Shown: one piece after another, positions 29,040-38,419 of the stretch | How positions within the stretch are numbered: the stretch's first letter is position 1 | Layout of the letters: the number at the start of each line of letters is the position of its first letter | Source: Candidatus Heimdallarchaeota archaeon | GTDB taxonomy: Archaea > Asgardarchaeota > Heimdallarchaeia > JABLTI01 | NCBI GenBank assembly: GCA_019056785.1 | Contig: DXJV01000006.1 | Span: 1 to 64,000 of the forward strand | Reading direction: 5' to 3' | Length of the DNA stretch: 64,000 bases | Notes under the pieces: generated by a model | The model's input: the letters and a program-made list of their open reading frames with translations, nothing else | The model's database searches: none | What the model was told of the DNA's origin: nothing | Made by a program: the position numbers and the translations under genes

Positions 29040-29732
29040 TTATGTTTTGTGATTTTTATTATAATAAATCTCCGTTCCTATAAAGGTTTTATTAGCTAAT
29101 GCTTTTTCAAGTCGTTCTGGGTAGAAGCCATTAACAATTTTAATCGGTAAATAATGCTGTTCTGCTAACTCAATTGCTTTCTGGTCGAATAGTGTATGCT
29201 TTAGGGTCTTAACGTTTTCAAATGACACCCTTTTCACCAGCTTTCCTTGTTGTAATAATCCATCTACATCTTTTAGGAAAATTATTTGGCTCATCTTCAA
29301 AGAGATTGCAATTTCCACTGATAAAGCATCACTTGTAACTTTCCATGAATGCTCTAATTTACTAAACTTTTTAAGAAAGGCATAAATTGATAAAATTGGA
29401 ACTTCTGTAAGTGGTGCTTGCACGCGTCTTGTAATGAGTTCCTCTGTTGCTATGATTTTTGCATTTGGAATGACTTGCTTGAGTAAAAACCCATGTTGGT
29501 CCATTGCCAGAATCGCCATCCAATGGGCCGTTTCATTAGTGAGTTGGTATTTTTTTTGCAATTGTCTTATTGTTTCTGCAAATGCACCTCCCCCGGGGAC
29601 AATTAAAAACGATTGTTCCTTTTGATAGAGTTTACTTAAGCTCTCCCCCAGTACCATGATCTGAGAGAGCGTGCCTTTTTCTGTAATTGAACCACCAAAT
29701 TTAATTAGTGTTTGATATTTAGCGCCCGTCAT
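29040..29732 (-). CDS. mfnE: [5-(aminomethyl)furan-3-yl]methyl phosphate kinase
   Basis: IKFGGS, VPGGGAFA, AHWMAILAMD, HSWKVTSD, KDVDG; in operon with mfnF and mfnD. Confidence 0.82.
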   Translation of the reverse strand: MTGAKYQTLIKFGGSITEKGTLSQIMVLGESLSKLYQKEQSFLIVPGGGAFAETIRQLQKKYQLTNETAHWMAILAMDQHGFLLKQVIPNAKIIATEELITRRVQAPLTEVPILSIYAFLKKFSKLEHSWKVTSDALSVEIAISLKMSQIIFLKDVDGLLQQGKLVKRVSFENVKTLKHTLFDQKAIELAEQHYLPIKIVNGFYPERLEKALANKTFIGTEIYYNKNHKT

Positions 29733-30799
29733 TTTCCCTTCTTTTTAGGTGTATTTATTTGAATAGCCAGCATTCCAAGTGCATAGGCACTAAAGCAATT
29801 TAATGCTTCCTCCGCTAGCTCTTCTTTAGCAATTAACCAGTTCTTAATTTTTAGCTGATTGAGGACTGGCAATCCTATTGCTGTTGCACCTGCACCAATA
29901 AGGACAATCGTTGGTTCACATCGAAAGTTCTTTTGATACCTCTTCCGAACTTTTCCAAGTGCGTTTCTAATAATTTTGTATTGTTCAGTTAGGACTTGTC
30001 GGGCAATCCCAAGAATCTCTTCTTCTGTTAACTGATTTGTGTCTGCACAAACAACTCGCGCTAGCCGTGCTTTTGCATGCTCTTTTGTAAAGGGTTTTCC
30101 ATCTGCAGTTTCAACAAAAAACTCTTTGGGAGAAATTTTATCGAGTAATAAATACACATCAGCCGTTGTAGCAAAAAGCTCACTTGAAAGTCGCGTTATC
30201 TTCTCATCAATTTTTACCTGCGAAAGTATTGCTATCACATTGGTTCGTAATAATCCTGTATACACTAATTCAGAAGTAGCCAATCGTTCAAGGTCCGTTC
30301 TTCCTTGTGCAACTACTTTCCGGTTATGGATCGGGATGATGTCTGTTGTTGTTGAGCCTATGTCTAAAAGGATTGCGTTGGGGTATCTTGAACCAAGAAA
30401 CATTGCAGAAGCATACCAGTTTGTTGCTGCAACTTGTTCCCAACAATCTGTTGCATTTTCCGCTGGAATAAATTTTCCGGCAAAGTCTAAAATTTCTGGT
30501 TCTTTATCAGCAAAAACCTCGAGCATATAGTCACTGATTGCTTTTATTCCTTCTTTTTTTGTTGTAAAACAGTCCGCGAGTTCAGCTGTAGTGACGAAGA
30601 CTACTTTTGTAATTTCTCCAAAATTTGTTTCGATGGTCGTTCTGATCTGTCTTAAAAGTTTGGGATATTCTTTATTCTTTTGCCAAAAAGGGAAATAAAT
30701 GGAACCGTGGGTTATTAATCGTTCTTCTCCTCTCTCTTTCTTCAAAAGAGCATATTTTGTGTTTGCTCCTCCAATGTCTAAGCTTAAAATTACTGTCAT
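29729..30799 (-). CDS. mfnF: Methanofuran biosynthesis protein (hydantoinase A-like)
   Basis: DIGGANTK, TAELADCF, AATNW, DIGSTTTDIIP, ELVYTG..RT, ARLARVVCAD. Confidence 0.88.
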   Translation of the reverse strand: MTVILSLDIGGANTKYALLKKERGEERLITHGSIYFPFWQKNKEYPKLLRQIRTTIETNFGEITKVVFVTTAELADCFTTKKEGIKAISDYMLEVFADKEPEILDFAGKFIPAENATDCWEQVAATNWYASAMFLGSRYPNAILLDIGSTTTDIIPIHNRKVVAQGRTDLERLATSELVYTGLLRTNVIAILSQVKIDEKITRLSSELFATTADVYLLLDKISPKEFFVETADGKPFTKEHAKARLARVVCADTNQLTEEEILGIARQVLTEQYKIIRNALGKVRKRYQKNFRCEPTIVLIGAGATAIGLPVLNQLKIKNWLIAKEELAEEALNCFSAYALGMLAIQINTPKKKGK

Positions 30800-30815
30800 T
30801 TTTCTTTCATCTTAT

Positions 30816-32081
30816 TTAGAGAAATTCTTCCTTTAATTTATTTGCAACAAACGCAAGTCGCTTATCAAAATGGGCAGTCGCTTTTCGCGAATTTTTTCCA
30901 GAGCCACGCACCAGTGTGTAAACCGTTCGTTTGTCAAAACATACAGGTGGCGTTATTATGTCATTCTCAGTTTGAAAGGTTATATAGAGTGGGTGGTCTG
31001 TTTTTAATGGGAAATAGAATTTCGCTTTTGCAAAATAGGTTGTTCCTTTTTGTGTTGGATTATGAGTGAGGGATTCTGGCTGGAGGAAGTTGAAAGGCTC
31101 CGTAAGTTTATCAAGGAAAGCACAAATAGGTGTTGTTGGTCGGGCATTCAATTCAATAAAATAGTAATGATATGCTCCAGTGGAGTCCTTCTTAGCAATA
31201 AGGTCAATGCCAACAAAGCCAGATAGCCCCGGCACTTTAGTTAAAACTTCCCTGCAAAATTGCAGTATTTCTTCTCTTTTCGGGTGTTTAAAATTCGTTA
31301 TCCCCCCAAGATATTCAGATTTCTCAAAGCCAAGAGAAAGAATCTGTTTATTTAGAGAGAGAAAATATATCTGTTCGTTAGTAATAAAAGCGGTAATGCT
31401 CAAATTCTCTCCTTCAATAAATGCCTGCACGAGTTGCTCAGAATCCTTTCGTTCTCTTAATGTTGTTTGCAGTTCTTCTTCAGTCCGGATAATTCTTACT
31501 CCTTCACAAGCAACACCGTCGTTTGGCTTTATAATTACCGGGAAAACAAAGCCAAGATCACTAAGGTTGAAATTTTTCGAAAGGAAAAATTCTTTGGTAC
31601 TTTCGCTACTGAGAACAAGTGCTATTTGACTGTTAGCAGCTATAACTGCTGTTTTTGGGAACAAGATTCGATTTTTTGCACATACTTCGTACATCCGTTT
31701 TTTGTTGGATGCGAGGGCTATTGCTAAGGGAGAACAATTCAGACTTTTAGTGCCAGTTTGTTCATAGCTGGTAACCAGTTCTTTTAGGATCCCGCCGGTA
31801 CCAGGGGCTATTACGAGAAAAGCATCCGCCTCGGACGCAAGGAGTCGACTTTTTTCTAAGAAATCTTTTTGCGAAGAAATACTCTCTATCGTTTCTGCGT
31901 GTAAGAATTTCTTCAAAAACATTAGGCGAGAGTCAAGAGTAGTGCTTACCTCGATGGCTAATGTTTTACAATACCCAATAAGCGTTCGTAGCATACCAAA
32001 CCCCTCAACTAAGAGGTTTGCTGTTAGCTCGCTTTCAGAAAAGCCACCGGAGGTTGCATATTCTTGTATGAAAAGTTTCAT
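30816..32081 (-). CDS. mfnD: Tyramine--L-glutamate ligase-like ATP-grasp protein
   Basis: EYATSGG, EGFGML, IAP, KPNDGVACEG, GFVGID, IELNARPTT. Confidence 0.82.
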   Translation of the reverse strand: MKLFIQEYATSGGFSESELTANLLVEGFGMLRTLIGYCKTLAIEVSTTLDSRLMFLKKFLHAETIESISSQKDFLEKSRLLASEADAFLVIAPGTGGILKELVTSYEQTGTKSLNCSPLAIALASNKKRMYEVCAKNRILFPKTAVIAANSQIALVLSSESTKEFFLSKNFNLSDLGFVFPVIIKPNDGVACEGVRIIRTEEELQTTLRERKDSEQLVQAFIEGENLSITAFITNEQIYFLSLNKQILSLGFEKSEYLGGITNFKHPKREEILQFCREVLTKVPGLSGFVGIDLIAKKDSTGAYHYYFIELNARPTTPICAFLDKLTEPFNFLQPESLTHNPTQKGTTYFAKAKFYFPLKTDHPLYITFQTENDIITPPVCFDKRTVYTLVRGSGKNSRKATAHFDKRLAFVANKLKEEFL

Positions 32082-32147
32082 TTACATACTTAATGAGTAA
32101 AGTCTTTTGTAAATATTTTTAATAGTTCAAATGAATCTCTTTCCAGG

Positions 32148-32399
32148 ATGAAAATGACCGGCGAAAAAGCCGTTATTGCTAAAGAACTAGATTGTATGGG
32201 TTGGGAGTGTTATCAGATTAATTTGAGTCTACGAATTGAAGTAAAAACCATTCACCCTGGTGAGATCCTGAAATTTGTGACTGATAACCCAAAGGCCGAC
32301 GAAAAAATCTTCAAATGGTGTCAAACAAACAAGCAGGAATTGTTTCTCTCGGACTTTAAGAACGGTAAATATTATTATTATATCAAACGATTATCCTAG
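32148..32399 (+). CDS. TusA/SirA-like sulfur carrier (CPxP motif diverged)
   Basis: LDCMGWECY, GEILKFVTDNP, WC, YYYIKR. Confidence 0.75.
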   Translation: MKMTGEKAVIAKELDCMGWECYQINLSLRIEVKTIHPGEILKFVTDNPKADEKIFKWCQTNKQELFLSDFKNGKYYYYIKRLS

Positions 32400-32422
32400 T
32401 AAATTGGTGTGCGTGTGTTATT

Positions 32423-32905
32423 GTGAGTTACAAACTAGTTCAAGGTGAGTTAAGTTTCAAGTTCGCTGCAGCCCATTTTGTACTGGGTGAAACAGGTTGC
32501 GAGCGTTTACACGGCCATAACTATCTTGTGGAAGTGCAAATATATGGAGAACAGGATCCGGCAAAGAATCTTGTTATCGACTTTTTGTTGTTAAAGCCTT
32601 TTGTGCGCGAATTCGTTGAAGCCCTGGACCACCGAATCATTTTACCTCAGAACAACCCGAAGTTAGAAATCAAGTCTGAGGGTAATGAGTTTCACCTCCT
32701 TTTTACACCAAAACAAAAGAAATACATTTTTCCCAAAAGCGATGTTGTACTTTTGCCAATCGAAAATACAACCGTTGAGGAATTTGCACGATATTTGGCA
32801 GAACAACTAGCACCCTTGTTTCAAACCTACCCAAATATCAACATTATTGAAGTTGGAGTCTTTGAATATAAAGGGCAAGGTTGCTGGAAACGCATAACCC
32901 GTTAA
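32423..32905 (+). CDS. PTPS/QueD family (COG0720) enzyme, CExxHGH type
   Basis: FAAAHF, CERLHGHNY, LDH, TTVE. Confidence 0.88.
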   Translation: MSYKLVQGELSFKFAAAHFVLGETGCERLHGHNYLVEVQIYGEQDPAKNLVIDFLLLKPFVREFVEALDHRIILPQNNPKLEIKSEGNEFHLLFTPKQKKYIFPKSDVVLLPIENTTVEEFARYLAEQLAPLFQTYPNINIIEVGVFEYKGQGCWKRITR

Positions 32906-33792
32906 TAGTGCCTTTCATTTGGTAAGAGTGAGACGACTTTCTCAATTTCAATTGTCTGAAATAATGAGGTCTCCAAGCTGCTATTTATTGTTGCGTTAAA
33001 AAAACTGCTTTCCGGAAAATGTTGAGGTAATGCTGTGAGCAGTTTTTTGGCAATTTTGAATTTCAGCAACTTTCTTGCTGAGGCTGAAAAATGACCGGTA
33101 TGCTCATCTGGTTTTGAATATCTCCCAACTATCGCCCCGAAATCAAAGCCAAAAAGGATGATCGCCTTCGCATGGAAATTTGCCGCAAGGTACGCTGCCC
33201 TATCTCCATCGGTGAAGCCACCATAATTCCTTACCTTTAGGGTCTCTTTTGTTTGAGTGGTGCCAATGACCCACCCCTTTTGGACTATGCCTTTTAATAG
33301 CAAAAGACGTTGGATGTTGTCTCCATGCGCATGTATGACTTTAATTGTGGTTTGCAAAATATTTTTCTGCAGAAGGTTAAAACAGCCATCCAAATCTGAC
33401 ACAAGAGCAGTAATGGGTATGTTTTTCTCTAATAAAGCATTTGCCGCTCCATCAACTGCAATGGTTGTTATGTTATCATGAGAAAAAGGAAGGCTCTCCC
33501 TTAATTGCTCGAGTGTCTCTTCGAGTGATGGTCCCGCCCCAAAAATTAACACAATCTTTCCTTTTATGAGTTTTTTAAGAGCTTCTTTTGTTTTCTTTAC
33601 AGTCCAGAAGGTTAGCATCTTCGAAAGGATTTTTGTTGCTCGCCAATCCTCAGAAGGGTCAATATTCAATAGCGAGCAAATCTCTTGATAATCCGTCTTT
33701 GATAATTTAAAGATCTTCTGCAAGTCAGAGCAACTCGGACAAGTTTCCGTTAAACAAAAAACAAATGAGGTAGAATATAAATAATTACTCAT
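32902..33792 (-). CDS. mptE: 6-hydroxymethyl-7,8-dihydropterin pyrophosphokinase
   Basis: GAGPSL, AVDGA, VSDLDG, HAHGDN, GTTQ, NYGGFTDGDRA, GFDF. Confidence 0.9.
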   Translation of the reverse strand: MSNYLYSTSFVFCLTETCPSCSDLQKIFKLSKTDYQEICSLLNIDPSEDWRATKILSKMLTFWTVKKTKEALKKLIKGKIVLIFGAGPSLEETLEQLRESLPFSHDNITTIAVDGAANALLEKNIPITALVSDLDGCFNLLQKNILQTTIKVIHAHGDNIQRLLLLKGIVQKGWVIGTTQTKETLKVRNYGGFTDGDRAAYLAANFHAKAIILFGFDFGAIVGRYSKPDEHTGHFSASARKLLKFKIAKKLLTALPQHFPESSFFNATINSSLETSLFQTIEIEKVVSLLPNERHY

Positions 33793-33827
33793 AAAGAGGT
33801 CAAATTACTCTTTAGGATAGAATAGCA

Positions 33828-34457
33828 ATGAGTGAAAAATTACCATTCTTCGACGAAGAAGTTCTCTACGAAGTTATAGTGAGTACTGTTGATGATACCA
33901 AGCAACCAAATGCCGCGCCGATGGGTGTTCGATATTCGAACGGGCAATTGATCTTGCAGCCCTACCTAACAAGCACCACCTATCAAAATCTCCTGACAAA
34001 TAAAGAGGCAGTAATTAATGTAACAACTTCCCCAGAGCTATTTGTCAAAGCAGCTTTGTTTCAAGAAGAGTTCAATGCAGAAGACTTTCTCACTTCGCTG
34101 GTAAGTTCTGCTCCCTTTCTAAAAGCTTGCGCTCACAGTTTTATTGTCGTGCGTGTTAGTTCATTTTCTATTGATGACTTGAAGGCACGCTTTCTCTGTG
34201 AAATTGTCAGAGTTGATTTGAGCGAATTTCGCCCCAGACTTTATACTCGAGCGTTTTCTTCACTCATTGAGATTTTAATTCATGCAACACGGGTTCTCGC
34301 TTTTCAAAGAGACAAAGACAAAGAAAGTGAAGTGAGCCGATTGCTGGAGTTAATAGATTATCATCAAAAAATTATTGGGCGAGTAACGTCTAAGAATTCC
34401 ATGTATCAAATTTTGATGAGAAAAATCAATTCTAAAATTAACCAGGTAAGAGTTTAA
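33828..34457 (+). CDS. DUF447 family (FMN split-barrel-like) protein
   Basis: YEVIVST, PNAAPMGV, TYQNL, RAFSSLIEILIHATR. Confidence 0.85.
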   Translation: MSEKLPFFDEEVLYEVIVSTVDDTKQPNAAPMGVRYSNGQLILQPYLTSTTYQNLLTNKEAVINVTTSPELFVKAALFQEEFNAEDFLTSLVSSAPFLKACAHSFIVVRVSSFSIDDLKARFLCEIVRVDLSEFRPRLYTRAFSSLIEILIHATRVLAFQRDKDKESEVSRLLELIDYHQKIIGRVTSKNSMYQILMRKINSKINQVRV

Positions 34458-34459
34458 GC

Positions 34460-35515
34460 ATGTTCGAGAGAATTCAGGAGCCCATTGAAGGCTTTTTTTT
34501 GGCGACAAAGGAGAACTTAATTTTTGATGTCAAGGGATTGTCTCACCCGACGGATAGGATCATCGCTTTTATTCGATATTATCCAACGATGGCAACAACA
34601 GCAGCGACAGGAGAAACAACTGAAAAGACCCCTCCAAAGAAATCCTATGCCAAAGTTTATGCTTTGAATGAAAGATATGCCTTTCTTAAAAGTCATTATC
34701 CACAATATCTCTTTCGAGACCCCCATGGGCGTGGGCTTCTGCAAGCTGTTCCGCGAGAAAAGATACAAACGATTTACAATCCCATGGAAAAATTACAGCG
34801 ACTAAGAGAAAAGCCAGCGAGTAAGCTTGATGCTTTAGAAAATCTTGCACTTGCTCTAAGCGCTCAACTTGAGGAGTATATTGAACCTGCAGCAATTGGC
34901 CTTTCAGGCTCATTGCTTGTTTCCCTTCATCGAGAAACTTCTGATGTTGACCTTATAATCTACGGCCGAGAGAATGGCTTGAAAATTTATCATGCCATGC
35001 CTGAAATCTTCGAGCACTCATCGCTTGTTGCTCGTTATACGCGTAAAGAACTCGAAACTTTGTGGGTTACTCGAAGGCAAACAAACCAAATTGACTTTTC
35101 ATCTTTTGCAGCTTTGGAACAGCATAAAGTTCTTCAAGGGACAATCAGTGGCCGCGACTTTTATCTTCGTTTGGTTCTACATCCCGATGAATTTTACGAG
35201 CCGTATGAGAAAACATTCATTATTCCACTTGGTGAGATTGAGATCACTGCTGAAGTTGCTGATGCAACAGGTGCGATTTTCACTCCTTGTATTTATCAAT
35301 TAAAGGATGTTGAGTTACTCTCCTCTACAAAATTATGCGAAGACTTGCCGGGGCGTATTTTCACTCTTCGGGGGCGTTATTGTGAGCTGGCAAAAAAAGG
35401 GGATCGCATAATCGCCAGGGGAAAACTCGAGCGTGTAGAGATAAGACACCGGAAAGAGCAATATCAATTAGTGTTGGGGACGTTAGAAAATGAGTTCTTT
35501 CGAATGGTAGACTAA
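34460..35515 (+). CDS. Archaeal nucleotidyltransferase (pol-beta superfamily) with C-terminal OB-like domain
   Basis: FDVKG..HP, GLSGSLL...SDVDLIIYG, RGRYCE..ARGKLE. Confidence 0.78.
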   Translation: MFERIQEPIEGFFLATKENLIFDVKGLSHPTDRIIAFIRYYPTMATTAATGETTEKTPPKKSYAKVYALNERYAFLKSHYPQYLFRDPHGRGLLQAVPREKIQTIYNPMEKLQRLREKPASKLDALENLALALSAQLEEYIEPAAIGLSGSLLVSLHRETSDVDLIIYGRENGLKIYHAMPEIFEHSSLVARYTRKELETLWVTRRQTNQIDFSSFAALEQHKVLQGTISGRDFYLRLVLHPDEFYEPYEKTFIIPLGEIEITAEVADATGAIFTPCIYQLKDVELLSSTKLCEDLPGRIFTLRGRYCELAKKGDRIIARGKLERVEIRHRKEQYQLVLGTLENEFFRMVD

Positions 35516-35605
35516 AGTCTGAAAAGGCAGTAAAAGACACCTATATATACAGCTTTAGGAATACACCAATAATAAGGATAAAACTATTCGAGGTAAAATT
35601 TTAGT

Positions 35606-36313
35606 ATGACAATTAAAATCAAGCAAGGAAACCCTAAAGACTTGTTTCCTGAAGTTTCAGCCATTGTTTCCGACTGTTTCGGTAGTGTCTGGACTGCAGA
35701 TGATTTACAACAATTAATTGACTTCCCGCATGAAAACAAGCTATTCCTTGTTGCCTATAAAGATGATAAACCAATTGGTTATGCTTTTGTCGTTGCTGAT
35801 TACATGGATGTTGTTGACACCAAAGTCGCCACTGTTCAAGAAATCGGCTTACTCCCAGAATATAGGGAAATGGAGATTGCTGAAGAGTTTCTTGATCGAG
35901 CAATTCAGTTTTCAAAAGCAAACCAGGCGGAATTACTCGAACAGGTAGTTTCTACAATCGACCAGTGGCTCATACCTATCTTGATTAAGAAAAAATTAAG
36001 GCCAAGCGAAATTAAAGCTGACCGTGAAATCTCTTCAACAAATGAGGCAAAGTTAATCATTTCGAATCTCAAGAAAAACCCCAAATTAACCGTTTTAATG
36101 AATCAATTATTCTTCGAACAAAATGATGACCTTGAAAGCCATATTATTGAAAGCGAGCAAGATTTAGATAATTTACCTCGGAAGGATCCGATAGCTTTTG
36201 GGTCGATTATCTCTGTAAATAGGGCAGAGGAATTAGATACTATTCTGGAAGAATTACGAAAGATTGATGTTGAATGGGACGAAATTGGCATAACTTTTGA
36301 TTATCTGTTCTAA
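35606..36313 (+). CDS. GNAT-fold protein with acidic C-terminal domain
   Basis: FLVAYKDDKPIGYA, IGLLPEYR; CoA-binding loop degenerate. Confidence 0.7.
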   Translation: MTIKIKQGNPKDLFPEVSAIVSDCFGSVWTADDLQQLIDFPHENKLFLVAYKDDKPIGYAFVVADYMDVVDTKVATVQEIGLLPEYREMEIAEEFLDRAIQFSKANQAELLEQVVSTIDQWLIPILIKKKLRPSEIKADREISSTNEAKLIISNLKKNPKLTVLMNQLFFEQNDDLESHIIESEQDLDNLPRKDPIAFGSIISVNRAEELDTILEELRKIDVEWDEIGITFDYLF

Positions 36314-36323
36314 AAAAGGTGGC

Positions 36324-37001
36324 CTACCGGGTCACTCTCTCTTCAATTTCCTCTATAGTTTTCCAATAAGTCCGGACAATATCGGCCGGCCAAGAGCCAT
36401 ATTTTTGAAAATAATTGGTAAGCCAATTAATCGTACGTTTGTCACTTGTGCTACCAGAGCCAAAATCTCCGTAGTGCTGCTTTATTTTGAGTAATTCACT
36501 AAGTGCTTTATCTCGTGCTAGAATAGAGCCTGCACTTACAGCAATATATTTCGTCTCTGCTCTAATACTAACAACCAATTTTGTGTCTTTTAATTGTGAG
36601 TTTTGTTTGAGCAATTTTCGGAGGAGTTTGACAGCCTGGAAATTGTCGACTTGAAACGTGTCAATCTTCCCGACTTTTTCGTTGATGTTTTCTAATGCTC
36701 TGAAAAAAGCATATGCTTCAGCTTCGTCCATTGTTAAGCCGTTTTTATTATAGTTGTTAAGATCCTTTGCAGTCAGCACTTTGATGCTCCAAGCAAGGGC
36801 TTTTTCTTTGATCATCTCTGCATGCATTTTTAATTTTGTCCGCGATGAATACTTTTTACTGTCCTTAATTCCCAACAGCTTGAATTCTTTCATCACGCTT
36901 TCATCAACTGCGCAAGCTCCGATAATCATTGGTCCTATGATCAATCCTCTACCGGCTTCGTCTGCCCCAACGATTATTTTTCCTGTCATATTCATCATCA
37001 A
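36324..37001 (-). CDS. rnhB: Ribonuclease HII
   Basis: GADEAGRG, DSKK, VSAGSILAR, DFGSG. Confidence 0.93.
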   Translation of the reverse strand: MMMNMTGKIIVGADEAGRGLIIGPMIIGACAVDESVMKEFKLLGIKDSKKYSSRTKLKMHAEMIKEKALAWSIKVLTAKDLNNYNKNGLTMDEAEAYAFFRALENINEKVGKIDTFQVDNFQAVKLLRKLLKQNSQLKDTKLVVSIRAETKYIAVSAGSILARDKALSELLKIKQHYGDFGSGSTSDKRTINWLTNYFQKYGSWPADIVRTYWKTIEEIEERVTR

Positions 37002-37004
37002 ATT

Positions 37005-38234
37005 TTATTTTGTAAATTTCGCGATAAATTGTCCATTGAAATCTTGCTTGTCTGGATAAAGATATTGCAATTTTTCTACCCCAATAAAATCTCCTTGGGG
37101 GGGACTACCAATGAAAATGTTTTGTTTGGCGACTTTCAGGTTCAATTCTTCTACAGCAAATTGCACGTTGTTCTCATTTTCTGCAGGGTCTAAACTATTA
37201 GTTAAATAGAAAAGTGTCCCACCATTCTTTAGTAACCTTGCTGCTTCGGTGAGGTATTTTCTTTGAATGCTTATTGTCTTCAAGATGGCATTTTCTTTCA
37301 AGTTTTCAAAAAGCTTGGGACGAAGACCAATGTTTGTCGAAGGGCCATCTATGACAATTACATCAAATGTTTCATCGCGGTTAAACTTCCGAGCAAAACC
37401 GGCAAAGGACATCTTAAAGCGTTCCACAGGTAACTTGTACATCCTTAGTCGTTTGATGTTTTCATCAAATTTCAACCAGTTAGCGTCAGTTCGTTCAAAG
37501 GCAATGTATTTGACATCTTTTACATTTTGATTTCTCTGCCAGATATAAGAAAGCAGTTCACCCCTGCCAGCATTAAGTATCAAAAACCGATCTTTGGTCT
37601 TAAGGGAAATCTGTGCTCCAACAAGAATGCTTCCAAGGGATTGCCTGATAAATTGCCCCCGTAAAAATTCTTTGAGTGTTTTGAGATTTGGGATTGCATA
37701 TTTACTTTCAATAATTTTTATCGCAACGCCTTTTTTTCTTCTTAGAATGTCCTCCAGTTGCATCATGAGAATACCATTCGCTATCACTTCCCCTTTTTTA
37801 GTAACGACTGAAATTTCATCTCCAATTTTCAGATCTTCTGTGGGGAAAAAGTCCTTGTAGGTTAAATTTAGCCCTGTTAGCACTTCATTAACTTTCTTTG
37901 AAAATTTTATTTGGACACTCTTTTCCTTTCTTTCGAGGTTTTTTGGTCCTTCAACTTCTATAAGCAAACAGTCGGGCACAGCAGGCAGTTTTTGTGCCGG
38001 GATGTTTTTTGCCTGCAGACTTTCAAATAACTTGTCTATTGTAGTAAAAAGGGTGTTTACTCGTATAGGAATTGTTTTTGGGTGCTGCCTCAATTTGGCC
38101 ACTAATGTTGCAGTTCGTGCATAGCCATAATGAAAAATCAGTCGATTAACCACATCTCGACTAAAATTACTCTCTTCGCAGAGCCTTGTTATTTGTTCCG
38201 AAACACTTTGAGCCAGCGTTTTCTCACCATTCAC
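37005..38234 (-). CDS. RsmB/NOP2/NSUN6-like m5C methyltransferase homologue with PUA domain, catalytic Cys absent
   Basis: IRVNTL, PUA insert, FDVIVIDGPST (vs DAPCS), GGTLFYLTNS...ENE (vs YSTCS...ENE), FIAKF. Confidence 0.8.
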   Translation of the reverse strand: MNGEKTLAQSVSEQITRLCEESNFSRDVVNRLIFHYGYARTATLVAKLRQHPKTIPIRVNTLFTTIDKLFESLQAKNIPAQKLPAVPDCLLIEVEGPKNLERKEKSVQIKFSKKVNEVLTGLNLTYKDFFPTEDLKIGDEISVVTKKGEVIANGILMMQLEDILRRKKGVAIKIIESKYAIPNLKTLKEFLRGQFIRQSLGSILVGAQISLKTKDRFLILNAGRGELLSYIWQRNQNVKDVKYIAFERTDANWLKFDENIKRLRMYKLPVERFKMSFAGFARKFNRDETFDVIVIDGPSTNIGLRPKLFENLKENAILKTISIQRKYLTEAARLLKNGGTLFYLTNSLDPAENENNVQFAVEELNLKVAKQNIFIGSPPQGDFIGVEKLQYLYPDKQDFNGQFIAKFTK

Positions 38235-38419
38235 TTCTTTTTATCGCTGTCTTTTCGATAGCGAGTATTTCTAAATACTTTTCGATAATTTATTCTAACA
38301 AGGTTAAGGCTTATGTTGGCAATTTTCTTTGGCATTTCGGATACTTTTTAGGAGTGATTGCATGTAATAATAATTAAAAAAAGAAATGAACAATCATTCA
38401 TTAGTAGGAGTCGAATTGT

